NCBI GenBank assembly: GCA_051294375.1
Contig: CM119269.1
Coordinates: 14,829,918 to 14,893,917 of the forward strand
Direction of reading: 5' to 3'
Length of the DNA stretch: 64,000 bases
From: Paraspadella gotoi
Lineage: Eukaryota; Animalia; Chaetognatha
Shown: piece by piece, positions 13,801-27,914 of the stretch
Layout: each line of letters opens with the position of its first letter
How positions within the stretch are numbered: position 1 is the stretch's first letter
Notes under the pieces: model-generated
The model's database searches: none
Seen by the model: the letters and a program-made list of their open reading frames with translations, nothing else
What the model was told of the DNA's origin: nothing
Made by a program: the position numbers and the translations under genes

Positions 13801-14334
13801 TATTGGCCTTCTGTTTTTACTACTTCTGACAGAAGTTCTGTTTGTGGGTTTGAAATTTACAAACGAAAGAAAGCAATAACAATGGCATCGAAAATCAACG
13901 AATAATTGAATTAACAGAATTTCTCTCACTGCAATTCAAGGTTTTACGGTGCGGACTCAAACGGCGTTGAACGAGCCTCTCCGCTTCCCGACGTTCCATA
14001 CCCGGCGACGTTCCTAGTTCTAGCGGCGCTCCTCGTCGCCGGCGCCGTCCTCTGGATTCCTCTGGTCGGCGTCGGTTGCCTTCGCATGAAGGAGGACAAA
14101 GTGTTGGAGGAGTTTCCGGAGGAGGAGTTGAGGAGCGAGAGGAATATTCAGGTGAGGATCATTGAGAGAGCATTCACGACAGCCAAGAAGTTGACATGAA
14201 AATTGAATTTTTTGTCTTATATTCCTTTCTATTCCAATTTTTGTTTTCAGGACCGAAAACCATCAAGGTTCGAACGAAAGTTCCTCTGGCCCGCCTCTTC
14301 GAATACGTCTGAAGCGACACCCGCCGATGTTTGA
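7162..14334 (+). CDS. Sodium-dependent neutral amino acid transporter, SLC6 family (SLC6A15/17/18/19/20-like)
   Basis: 14 exons: 7162-7573, 7733-7891, 8124-8311, 8626-8815, 9120-9582, 9712-9790, 10949-11143, 11539-11730, 12205-12349, 12565-12705, 13009-13121, 13416-13566, 13941-14151, 14251-14334. Signatures [63 protein letters not shown] and CDL..EL...[15 protein letters not shown]; large EL4 insert typical of the B0AT clade. Confidence 0.95.
9932..10222. repeat. (GA)n microsatellite tracts in SLC6 intron
   Basis: Direct reading. Similar GA/CT tracts occur at ~6578, 10780-10860, 34430-34570, 56310, 57210, 60990 and 63110-63690. Confidence 0.95.
12017..12093 (-). mobile_element. Repeat family A copy (inverted)
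   Basis: CAGGGGCAAGATA...TTATTAAATGAATGGATAAT..TTGTACCAATTTCA is the reverse complement of the family A motif. Confidence 0.65.
13600..13745. repeat. Degenerate 10-bp minisatellite (AAATAGTCAA-like)
   Basis: Units gaaatagtta/aaaatagtcg/aaaatagtca/aagatactca/aagatagtca in an SLC6 intron. Confidence 0.75.
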
Positions 14335-16211
14335 CGTCCAACGCGTGACGCTCTGGCGGCTTAAATCTCCGTCATCCGATTTAGATTTTGAACCTCAAGA
14401 AACGCCGCGCCGCCTCGATGTTTACGTTGAGATTATTCTGCCCTTTTCGTGGTCTTTCGTGAACATTTTCAAAACGCGCAGACCAAAGCCCGATTCTTAA
14501 GAAACTTTTTATTTGAAATCGAGACTAAAAACTAAGAAGTTAAAGGCTTGGATTCCAAAGTCGAAGCCGTAAACTAAATTTAAAGAGCTGTGTGAACTAA
14601 CAATTTAACTTTTGGCACTAAAATAAAGTAACGATGGCAACAGCCTGGTTGCTATGTGGGTTGTCTCACGTATTGGCGTGAGGGGTTTCGGATCCTCAGT
14701 GGCGATTTGGCGACCCCTAACAATGGCGCGGTTACACCGGTACCGTAAAGCTTTGCCAACGCAGCGCGAAGTCGTAGGGAGGCACGCTTGGCTCTTAGGA
14801 TTGTTGGAAGTAAGGGTGTGTGACTATACCGCCAAATAACTTTACTTTAAAGTTTTATCTCCACATTACGAGGACATAGTTAAGAAATTATTACTGAATT
14901 CTTAAAAAAGCAATATCCTCACATACAAAGATAGAATAGTTTAATCTTGTGGGTATTGAAAACGTCATAGTTGTATAAAATTTTGTATGATACCTCCCTC
15001 ATTTTTTTAACAAATTACATTTTTAAACTATTCATTATGGACTGAATTCACATATTTAACTAGTATGATAGGATTGTTTGTGATAGATTTTTTGATACAT
15101 TTTTCTTTACTGCATTTTAAATATATTTATTTTTAAAAACGGGTAAAATAAAATAATAAGCAAATGCAAGATGCAAAACGTTTTGGTGGAGGATATTTAA
15201 AATTTAGAATCTATTTTTTTAAAAATCTCATAGAGAGAGAAAACTCTACGTTTAAATTTCAAAGGCGCACAATTTTGAACTATAAAGATTTTAACTCACG
15301 AAACTGTACGTATGTTTTATCGATACCAATTCAAATCCAATGAAGATCTGAAACTCAATGAAATAGTTTGATCTCATATTCAATGTGTTTCTATTTAAAT
15401 TTTAAGCTCATTTTATCAATTTACAGCCTTTAAATTACATATAATTTTTATTTTCACATATCATTTTATTTTTTTTGTGTGTGTGAAATGCTTCATTACG
15501 ATATTGGTCTGATTTTTTTAAGATTTATTGTTTTTGGCGTTTTTTATTAATTTGATGTGATTGATAATTTAACCCAAAAATTTGTAAGGCAATATGAATA
15601 TCTTTTAATGAAATTCTTTGTTATTGTCTAACATTTTACTCGGCTTTCAAGCTATTGTGATAAGTATTCATGAAATGCAAAATACGACACAACTCCTATG
15701 CCTTTATATCACGAGATTATTAGTCCTTATCCCAGATACGTAGATTGTTGAACAATGACACGTGTGCAACAGACAAGCTATATAATAGAGATAAAATCAA
15801 GTTGACAATTTTTTTATATTTTTAATCAATGAAGTCTGTAAACTGAATCTGTTTTATATCTTAAATTGCTTGTAAGACGTAACAGATTGTCACCTTTACT
15901 AAACTGTGATTGTTCATGATACTCTTAGAATGAAAATATATTAAAATATATTTTATTTTAAATAACAAATGTTTTTATTTTTTGATAACAATATGCAGTC
16001 TCAAAGAGAGAGAGAGAGATAAAAATATGCAGTCTCAGAGAGAGAGAGAGAAAGAGAGAGAGAGCCGCGTTTCCAATCTTCCAAAGTTTAGTTAATACAT
16101 TAAAAAGTTGATTGAAACTGGTTCTTTTATCGAATCTCGGTCTCCGGTCTCTTGTCAGAGGAAAACTTTTTCGCTCTTGAAAAGCAAATAATCATCCAAA
16201 TTCACCAAAAA

Positions 16212-18078
16212 ATGAGGAAGATTGATATCCACAATCACATCCTGCCTAAGGATTGGCCAAATTTAGAGGAGGTGATGTGAACATTTTTTCATGGAATGGC
16301 TATTGGCTAATTATAAACTTACTTGACAAATAAATAAATTTAGTAATTATTTATAATTGCATACTATGGTGGACTAAAATCCACCAACCGTTCATCAGCG
16401 GCCCTTGGTGCCGGAGGCAAGTCATTCGCCTCTCAACCCAAAAAGTCCGGAGTTCTAGCCCGGTGGCCGCCTAGCAGTTAAGAGGGACGGGGCGCTTAAC
16501 CCGCCTGTAACACGGTGTTACAGCGTGATCCGAAGCTCAGGGACTGCTTATATTGAACGGTTCTGTCACTATCATATAACAAACATTACTGTCTCTTTAA
16601 TACTTTACTTTTTAATCAAGCAATTTGGCTATGACGGTTTCGTCCAACTCCGTCGCGAACCCGGAGGAGAGATTCTCATGATGAAGGACGATCAGATCTT
16701 CCGAAAAATTGAACCCAACTGCATCGACGCGGAACTCAGACTTAAAGAGATGGACGACACTGGAGTCTCGATGCAGGGTGAGCTGCAATTAGAGAAAAGT
16801 CACAGCTGAGAAACAAATTTAGCTATTAGGTTCCTCAACCTTTGTTTTAGCTCTGTCCACCGTTCCGGTCATGTTCAATTATTGGGCGAAACCGGAACAT
16901 TGTCACCAATTCTCTCAATTCCTTAACGACGACTTGGCGAAGACAGCTCAACAGCATCCTGATAGGTCAATTGTGTTATCTTTTGGTATATTTAGTTGGA
17001 TAATCAACTTGCTGTACCTTTACTTGTAGATTCGTACCGCTTGGCACTCTACCGATGCAAAGCCCTGAACTTAGGTTAGTTATATAATACTTGTGAGAAA
17101 TAGTCTCCCTTCGCTATAAAATATATTTTACCTCAGCGTTCAAGAATTAAATCGATGCGTGAATCAACTCGGAATGAAGGGCGTTGAGATTGGTATGTCG
17201 CACACTTTTCAAGCATTAAGTGATTAACATTCTTTTTACCTAAAAAAGACAATTGTATTGGCGAAAAGGCACGAGCATCAACGATTGGAACTTGGACGCG
17301 CCCGAACTGAATCCTTTTTGGCACGAGGCCGAAAGACTTGGTATATTCTTATAATGATCAATACTATAAACTAAAAAATTTGGATCGAAAATCCCAATCT
17401 ATACCGTGATCCAGGAACGGCCATCTTCGTTCATCCATGGAACATGCCTTTGGGAGGGCGAGCATCAAAGTATTTTCTCCCCTGGCTGGCCGGTATGCCC
17501 TATGAGACTGCAATTGCCATTGGGAGCCTTTTGATGGGCGGGGTGTTGGAAAGGTTTCCCTCGCTGAAACTCTGCTTTGCTCACGGAGGAGGAGCTTTTC
17601 CTTACACCATAGGTTCGGGGAGAGTTTGTTTTAAAATAATATCATTTAGTCACATAAGTCAATTAGAGGATTTCGCTGTCAGGTCGGTTTAGCCACGGAT
17701 TCGAAGCCTACCCGAATTTATGCCAAACGGAAACCACTAAAAATCCCAGAGAATTTCTCGGAAAGATCTTCTTCGATTCCTTAGTGCATGATGCTGGAGC
17801 CCTTAAGTATCTCGTCAGCGTCGCCGGAGAGGACAAGGTTTTAACGGGAGAGCACGTTACATTATAATGATCAAAACTGGAGTTGCCGTTTAGAAAGAGA
17901 TATTATAATAATTTATATGACTATTATAATTTCACAGATTTTGTTCGGAACGGATTACCCTTTCCTACTTGGTGATTTGAAAGGAGGACGCTGGCTGGAA
18001 GAGAGCCAAGAGTTTTCTCAATGTCTTAAAGAAAAAATTTTCTCAAAGAACATATCCGCTTTTCTGGGAATAGAATGA
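16212..18078 (+). CDS. ACMSD: 2-amino-3-carboxymuconate-6-semialdehyde decarboxylase
   Basis: Exons 16212-16271, 16621-16777, 16851-16964, 17030-17074, 17138-17193, 17269-17340, 17415-17612, 17683-17837, 17938-18078. KIDIHNHILP (HxH metal motif), ALSTVPVMF.YWAKP, LGTLPMQ.PEL, FVHPW, YFLPWLAGMP, CFAHGGGAFP and FGTDYPF.LG closely match animal ACMSD. Confidence 0.96.
16364..16595 (+). mobile_element. tRNA-derived SINE-like element in ACMSD intron 1
   Basis: tRNA-like head at ~16398-16470 (GCGGCC..GGCCGC acceptor-like stem, A-box-like TGGTGCCGGAGG, TTCGCCTCTCAACCCAAAAAGT, B-box-like GGAGTTCTAGCCC). Inverted copy at 2895-3104 and a fragment at 61907-61945. Confidence 0.75.
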
Positions 18079-18564
18079 AATTAATTTCTCCAAGTAAAAC
18101 TTTTAAATCTCTGTTAATGACATAATTTAGACTCGTTTTGATTTCTATCTAGGATGTTAAAAATTTAAAATAATAAAACATGCTCTACAAATCTTTTTTA
18201 ACGATCGAAGTAGCTGAATGTACAATATATACAATAGGAATATGTTTTCGTCAATTGACAGCTTTGAAATTTAACATTGTAAGTTCTAACATCTGACAGT
18301 TTTTTCTGTCTTTCAAGTAAACGCAGCCTTTGGCTTCCTGCAGACACAGATTTCTGCAGATGCTGCAGCAGGCCAGTGTCGTTGGCAGCTGCAGCATCCT
18401 GACTCGCTCTTCCTCTTTGTTTCTCTTCCTCACCACATTCAGCCAAGCCTTCTTCCTCTTCCTCTTATTAGAATATCGCGTGGTTTTATTCAGTGACTGA
18501 CAAAAGACTCAGGAAATTTTCTCTCTTTTCTGTCTTTCTCGCTTCTCCTTTTCCACCATTTTGA

Positions 18565-21534
<2,970 letters not shown>

Positions 21535-23672
21535 TTTGAGTAAAATTGCGTTTCCTGTTTTAAAAAAAGTCTGTATGAAATTTTTTTTATTCTATTCTTT
21601 TCGAATTTTTATATATTTTTATCTGTTCCTTTCAAGGAATGAAGTTTCAAATTGTTTTTTTTAGCATTGATTTTTTTTATTTTGACGTTAGCTCTTCTCA
21701 ATTATGTTGTTGTAATTATGTATTTATCGTAGATACTACCCATTATCGTGAATTACATTTACCGGGACTATAACTTGTCAATTTAATGTATATTGTTCAA
21801 TGTTCAATATGAATACGCGATGACATTAGTACAATCAGTACACCTGTTTTAAATAGCCAGTCAGTCATAGCTAGTTAACATAAATTTATAAAACAATTAC
21901 ATCATTCATCGTCGATGCTATAATAATAATAATTGATAATCGGTTTTGACATCTGAATGTTGAAGACGAAAGTTCTGAGATCACTGCGTATCAAACGTGT
22001 TAACAGTAAGGCTAAGAGTATAGATTATTTTTCTTGAGCAATTGTGATGTCAAATGTTGAGGCACATCGATCCATGTCTTGGAAATCTTAAAAACAATAA
22101 TAATCAGTGTCTGTGCAAACTCAGACAAGATAGATACATTACTTACGTCTTATATACAATGAATGAAAACTGCTGATAAACATCGGCGTTAACTCATTTT
22201 ATACAAACCAAATTCATCTATTAACAACTTCGCAAATTAACTATGGTTAAGCGATGCTAAATATATTTCTCAATTAAAAATAGTATGCGTTTTCCTCATG
22301 AAACTATGTTAAACACCAACATTATCTATTAACAAAGCATCTGAGAGATTCTTTACAACCTCGAAAATCGTTAAGAAAAACAGCTTTATCGGCGTGAGAC
22401 ATTTTCGCTGAATTTCCATCTAGCCCCCCCCCTCTTGCGCCTTGGATCTTGGATGACGCACATAAAAGTAAAGATAATCAAGTTAAGTTTATCGAGGGTT
22501 TTTGGAATTAAATAGCACAATAAAACGTTAATTGAGGAAAGCTATGAAACCTTGTAGGCGCTGGAGGGCATTCTTATCTGGATAAAGAGACAAAGTGAAT
22601 GAGTCTTTCATTTCTCCGATGAATTACAAAGGAGTTATTATTTTGGAAATATAATGAAAGAAATCTCGTAGTTTTTAATTAATGAGTTGCCTTCCACTCA
22701 CAACCGGCATTTTTCAGCTTTATCCCATTGTCAAATTCTGATTTCTATGCGAGATGGAAGTACAATATTTTGACCCTTTCGAGCTCAATAATTTTGACCA
22801 CAATATAAATTGTTGCCATTTAAAGGCTTCATTTTTTTTACTTACGCAACGTCATCGCCAATCAAGAGTAAACTCTAAATTCTAAATTCATGATGATGAT
22901 TATAATTAAATATTTTTAATTATTTTCCCAGAAGAATCATAAGTTTCGTTTGGGCTCGGCAATTAATCGCCATGAAGCAACAATTGAATCATTAAATGTA
23001 TTTTTTTCTTTTAATTTAATTAATATTAGATAAAGTTCCCAACGAAAATCATTTAACAGAATCATTCACATGTTGTCATTATATAAAAAATAATCTCTTT
23101 TTTTTTCTGATGTGGATAATAAGATAGAATGAAAAACCAAATTTAATAAAATTTGTCATATTGAAGGGGACTTACCCAGAAACGTGATACCTAAAAAAAA
23201 AAAAAAAATATTAAAAAACAATTGTTAAAATAACTTCGTTATTCACTTGATAATAATTTGCAACTTTTTAGTACCCCATTTAATTTTTAACTAAAAAGGA
23301 AATATACATGGATAATGGATTTCTGCCGGGATGCCGCCTAGTAGAGTGAGGGTATATAGAGGGTATCTGCACTTTACAGATGCCCCCTCTATTTGGGGAC
23401 CGTTACATCTTTGATCGTCAAAATATTCGATGACGATGGCAAAAGCTCTAAATAAACTGATCACTGCATCCGAGACCGCCAACTTTTTTCTTTCTTTGGT
23501 TTTCTTTCATATTTTTTATAGTATTTTTTAGTAAATTGTCCGTAAATGCTGATTTTAACGGGAACGAAGCGCTTATCATTTTTCTAACCCGCCTCAGTCT
23601 ACTACATCATGTAGTTACGTTAATTGCCAGTTAAATATTTAAATTTGCGAACGTAATCAAAAGCTCTCAACA

Positions 23673-25258
23673 ATGTCGCTTCAAACTGTTTTCACCAATT
23701 TGGGCAAAGCGTCTGTCGGTTCGATTTTACGCCACCACACGACAGATTTCGCGAATGCCGTCCGACAAAAGAGCAACGGGTGCTTCGTTTTAGGTTTGGC
23801 CACGTCGAATCCCAAATGGGTTGTGACGAAAGAAATGGCGCTCGGTTTCGCGGAAGCCGTTCAAGTAAGAAACCTTAACCGTCTGATTTGCGGCCCGATC
23901 TCGAGAGCTTTACGTTCAGATATACTCAAAAAATAGCAATTGTTGAAGTTAGTTGTTGTAAAAATAATATTGTACCGTCTTCTGAGCCTAAAAACACTAT
24001 ACAGTAAGGCGTAGTAAAATTCCTAAATTTAACTTTAATTAAAATTCTAAAAGTGAGGAATGAACAACACTATACTAATGAACATTTATGTAATAAAAAA
24101 ATTTAGAATAAATTTTACAATTTACGCAGTAGGCCATATTTATACTAGTACTAAACCAATAAATGTTAAAATTTCAAAACAGTTTTTTTTAAGATTTTTT
24201 TTGCAGATTTGGATTCGTCATAAAAAGTTTATAAAAAGAAATATAACTCTTTTTGAAAAATTCCTTCATTAAGTGGGTCAAAAATTAGAAAAAACTATAT
24301 TTTAAAGTGAAAATTAACTTTTTATATATTAAATATAGTTTTTTAAATTTTTAACCCACCTAATGAAAGAATTTTTAAAAATGATTTATATTTTCTTTTA
24401 TCAACTTTTGACGAGGAATTCAAATCTGTAATCAAAATTAAGAAAAGCCTATTTTAAAATTTTTTGATTTTATAAGTATAGTATTGACTTTTAGAATCTT
24501 CGTATGTAACTTTCACTACGCCTTACTATACAGTATATAGTCAGATTGCTTTTTTATTTATGGGAAAGCTAAATTTTTATAAGAAACATATTATTAAAGT
24601 TTATAATGCAAAAGTTACGCTTGTTCAGACCACTCCTCATTTAAAGAAGATCTATGACGCGACGGGAATAGAACGACGGTGCATCGCGTTCGATCCCAGA
24701 ATCGTCGGTCAAATCGAGGTATGAGTTTGGTGGTCTGTCTGTCTGTACCCTAACTTTAAGCCATTCGGTGTATCGCGAATTATATAATATTCATAAATAT
24801 TATTTGAAATCATTTTTTTACAAAAGCATCGATGACGTATTACGTCATTGGTATTTCTAACTGTTTCTTTACTTCTTAGTTTTAAATTCCAACGAGTATT
24901 ATTCAACGAGCTATTGTTTGTCAAAATTCACAAACATTCAAGAGCATAAAACTTAACAATTTCATAAATATTTAGTTAACTCCCCAACGAAGGAGCGATT
25001 TATGGTGGGAATCCGCGAAGGAGTTGACGACGGCGGCCATCTTGGAAGCGATGACGAAGGCCGGTGTCGAAAAGCATCAAGTGAGAAAAACTTTAGGTCG
25101 AGAATTAGTGTTTCTATGAAATTGGTACAAACAATATAAAAATTATCCATTCATTTAATAAATAAGCTATCTTGCCCCTGACTTTGGACAGGCTTTGATG
25201 GTTTAAGGTCTCCATCACTATCATTATCACTATATTATTATCATTATTATTATTATTA

Positions 25259-25297
<39 letters not shown>

Positions 25298-27914
25298 TAT
25301 TATGTTGTCATTTTATAATTCTAGGTAAAGTCTCATTTTTTTCAAACTCGTAAAATGGTATCATGAATTGGCCGCATAACATTTTGTCATTGATTCGTTC
25401 CGCTACTTCCGCGTGTCCATTGTCCATTGTCCAATGTCTAGATCGGTAGCCTCATCTTCATGTCGACGACGGAATGTCGCGCGCCAGGGATCGACGTCGC
25501 TCTCGTCAATCAACTCGGATTCGACGCTGACGTCAAGAGGACATTTTTGGGTGAGGCGGCATTTGGGAACGGGAAAGGTGGGTGGGGGGTTGTTGGGGAA
25601 ATGAAATATAAACAGTGTTGGCAGGGAAGAGAGATGATTCAGTAATCTAACGTCTCAAACCGTCGCGAGCTCAAAGCGGAAATAGACTCCTAATCTTAAA
25701 CTTAAAGACCAGTTTGATCAATGGTTAGGATGGATGGGCTGCGGCGCCGCCATCAATGGACTCGAACTCGCGCGAAATTGGGTCATGAGCGGCGCCGACG
25801 TCAGCGATAACGACGACGGGTGAGAAAGCCCTTTTACCGTTTAATACTAATCTAATGCAATATATTTTGTGTTATGTTCTTCATTAATATTGGATGAACA
25901 AATTCGACAAAGAAGTCGAAAGTGAAAATTGGTTTTGCAATTAAAATTCGACCTTTAAGGCTGCGAACTTTAAAGTTTTATAGAATTAAAATTACACGTT
26001 CTACTAATTAATTGAAAATATTTCTTCATTAGTTTGAGGGCCACGACGTTAATCTTCAACATGATTCTACTTTCAGTAGGGTGGCCCTTCATGTCGCCAT
26101 CGATTTGCCTTCTTATCACATGTCCTTCGACAGAAAATTAGAGGTTAGCGTTAAACTATGATTTATCACTATCCTCTATATTTTTTCAAGCATTTCCTTA
26201 TTATATTAGAATTGTATTGCTAATTCACACAAAGTCCAATTATCCATATTTCTAATGTTTTTTGTATTTTCACGCCAAGACTGATAGTCTTTTGTTTTAT
26301 AACGAAGAGCGCCATCTTCCACGCGCTCATGGGCGACGGATGCTCCGCAACAATTCTTGGCGGGGAAAAGTTAGTCGGTCAATCTTCGAAAGGAGCCGAA
26401 GGCGGAAGCGGTTTGTCGGTCGAGTTGGCGGACAGCTTTTCCTTGGTTGTGCCAGGAACAGAGGACATTGTTTCCTGGGGGGTCAACATCGGAGCTAACC
26501 TTTCTAAGGATCTCTCGGACATCGTTCAAAGTCAGTATTTAGCTTTTTATGATTTTTTTTTTAGTTTATTCTTAAATGATTTCTGGAAATTATATGGTAT
26601 ACATTACGAAAGCTTATTTAAATTTATTTATCATTAAACACGAATGGATATATCATAATACATATATTATATATAAAAAAAACAAAGGTCAAGAATAAAA
26701 AAGTACTGAGAAATCGACTTGTTAAAGAAACACATAATAACAGTCTGCTTTTTGCTTCTTGTTTCTCCATTTTGCTTCTTAAGTTATGACAACATTTACG
26801 ATTCAAAGTAGCGTTTTACCATCGTGAGTTGAAGGATGAAGGAACGAAAAAATCGATCGAAAACCAACTGAATAGTTGAGATTAAAACCTATGTATAATG
26901 ACTTAATGTATTTCTATTTTTAATTTGTATTTTTATCTGAGGTAAAAAAGTAAACGCAAACAAACACTGCACAGTGCACAGTGCAGGGTCAATAAACCTT
27001 GGTCAGAATCAGTAAACAATTGTTTTTAAAACTATATATTTTTCAGGCAATATTGGACCGGCCTTGACGGGATTTTTAGCTAAAAATGGATTACATCCGG
27101 GAGACGTGGACCATTGGTGCGTACATCCGGGGGGACCCAGGATCATCGAAGCCGTAGAGAGAAGTCTGGGTCTGGGCGAACATCAAACGCGGGAGTCGTG
27201 GGAGGTGTGGACACGGTTGAGGTGGTGGTTTGGGCCTTGGGGGTGGTTGGTGAATTAAGGTGGGTAAGATCGGGAGAAAGGAATATAATACAAATTGGCA
27301 GCCTACGACAAAAGTGTGAGCCGATAGATAGGGAATAGATGGCCATTGGGCAATTGCGCTGTAATAGCGGATGTTGGGGAGTGAGTTGGCGAAGAGTGGA
27401 CCTCCTAAGAGTGAATCAGCGGGGTCTGTGAAAGCTGGCCGAGTTTCCAGTAATAAGTATAAATGAGAGAAAACGAGAAAATAGAACCAAAAAAAAAAGA
27501 TTATGATGGAGTGAATCTCGAGTATTTCGGTCAAAACCGACGGAGAATGATTGGGGTTGAGAAACGGGCGGAGGCGAAGAAGCTTCGATATTTTTTTTTT
27601 AATATTCTGTTCGGAGTTTAATGTCTGACGCGAATCAGATAACATGATTGAGTCGTTCCGTAATAATTACCGAATCACCACCTGGTCTCAAACACACGTT
27701 TATCTCTTTTCAGGTTTTGCGCAACTTCGGCAACATGATTTCGCCAACCGTGATGTTCGTCGTTGAGCGAGTCCTCGAGCGGCTGGGCAAAGAGGTCGCA
27801 AACGACGCCAGTGGGTCAAGTGACGCCAACGGCCCTTACAAAACCATCGTCGCTCTGGGATTCTCTCCCGGGGTCTCTGTTGATGGGGTTTTGCTGAAAT
27901 GCTATCGGAAATGA
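23673..27914 (+). CDS. Type III polyketide synthase (chalcone synthase superfamily, Pks18-like), 411 aa, 9 exons
   Basis: Exons 23673-23864, 24629-24718, 24976-25080, 25442-25550, 25729-25819, 26077-26143, 26308-26530, 27047-27204, 27714-27914 join in frame (1236 nt), all GT-AG. Motifs LGLATSNP, IY.ATGIERR, STT...APGID, WMGCGAAINGL (Cys), GDGC, WCVHPGGPRII (His), VLRNFGNMIS (Asn), GFSPGVSVDG. Confidence 0.93.
24002..24528. mobile_element. Fold-back MITE (Tc1/mariner-like ends, TA flanks) in PKS intron 1
   Basis: Terminal inverted repeats CAGTAAGGCGTAGTAAAA / TTTCACTACGCCTTACTA flanked by TA. The interior is an imperfect palindrome centred near 24317. Confidence 0.8.
25117..25217 (+). mobile_element. 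Repeat family A copy in PKS intron 3, followed by (TTA)n
   Basis: TGAAATTGGTACAAACAATATAAAAATTATCCATTCATTTAATAAATAAGCTATCTTGCCCCTGACTTTGG matches 2645-2737. Confidence 0.7.

Noticed and set aside
14681-14718. Hammerhead-like core on the minus strand (AGGGGUC...CUGAGGA-UCC-GAAACCCCU)
   Set aside because: Stem III fits, but stem I cannot pair (GCCA..GCCA) and stem II has no G-C closing pair.
16398-16470. Functional tRNA gene
   Set aside because: The anticodon stem does not pair and the sequence is part of a longer dispersed repeat.
23673-27914. Bacterial contamination as source of the PKS
   Set aside because: Eight spliceosomal introns, host repeats inside them, and gap-free continuity with animal genes.
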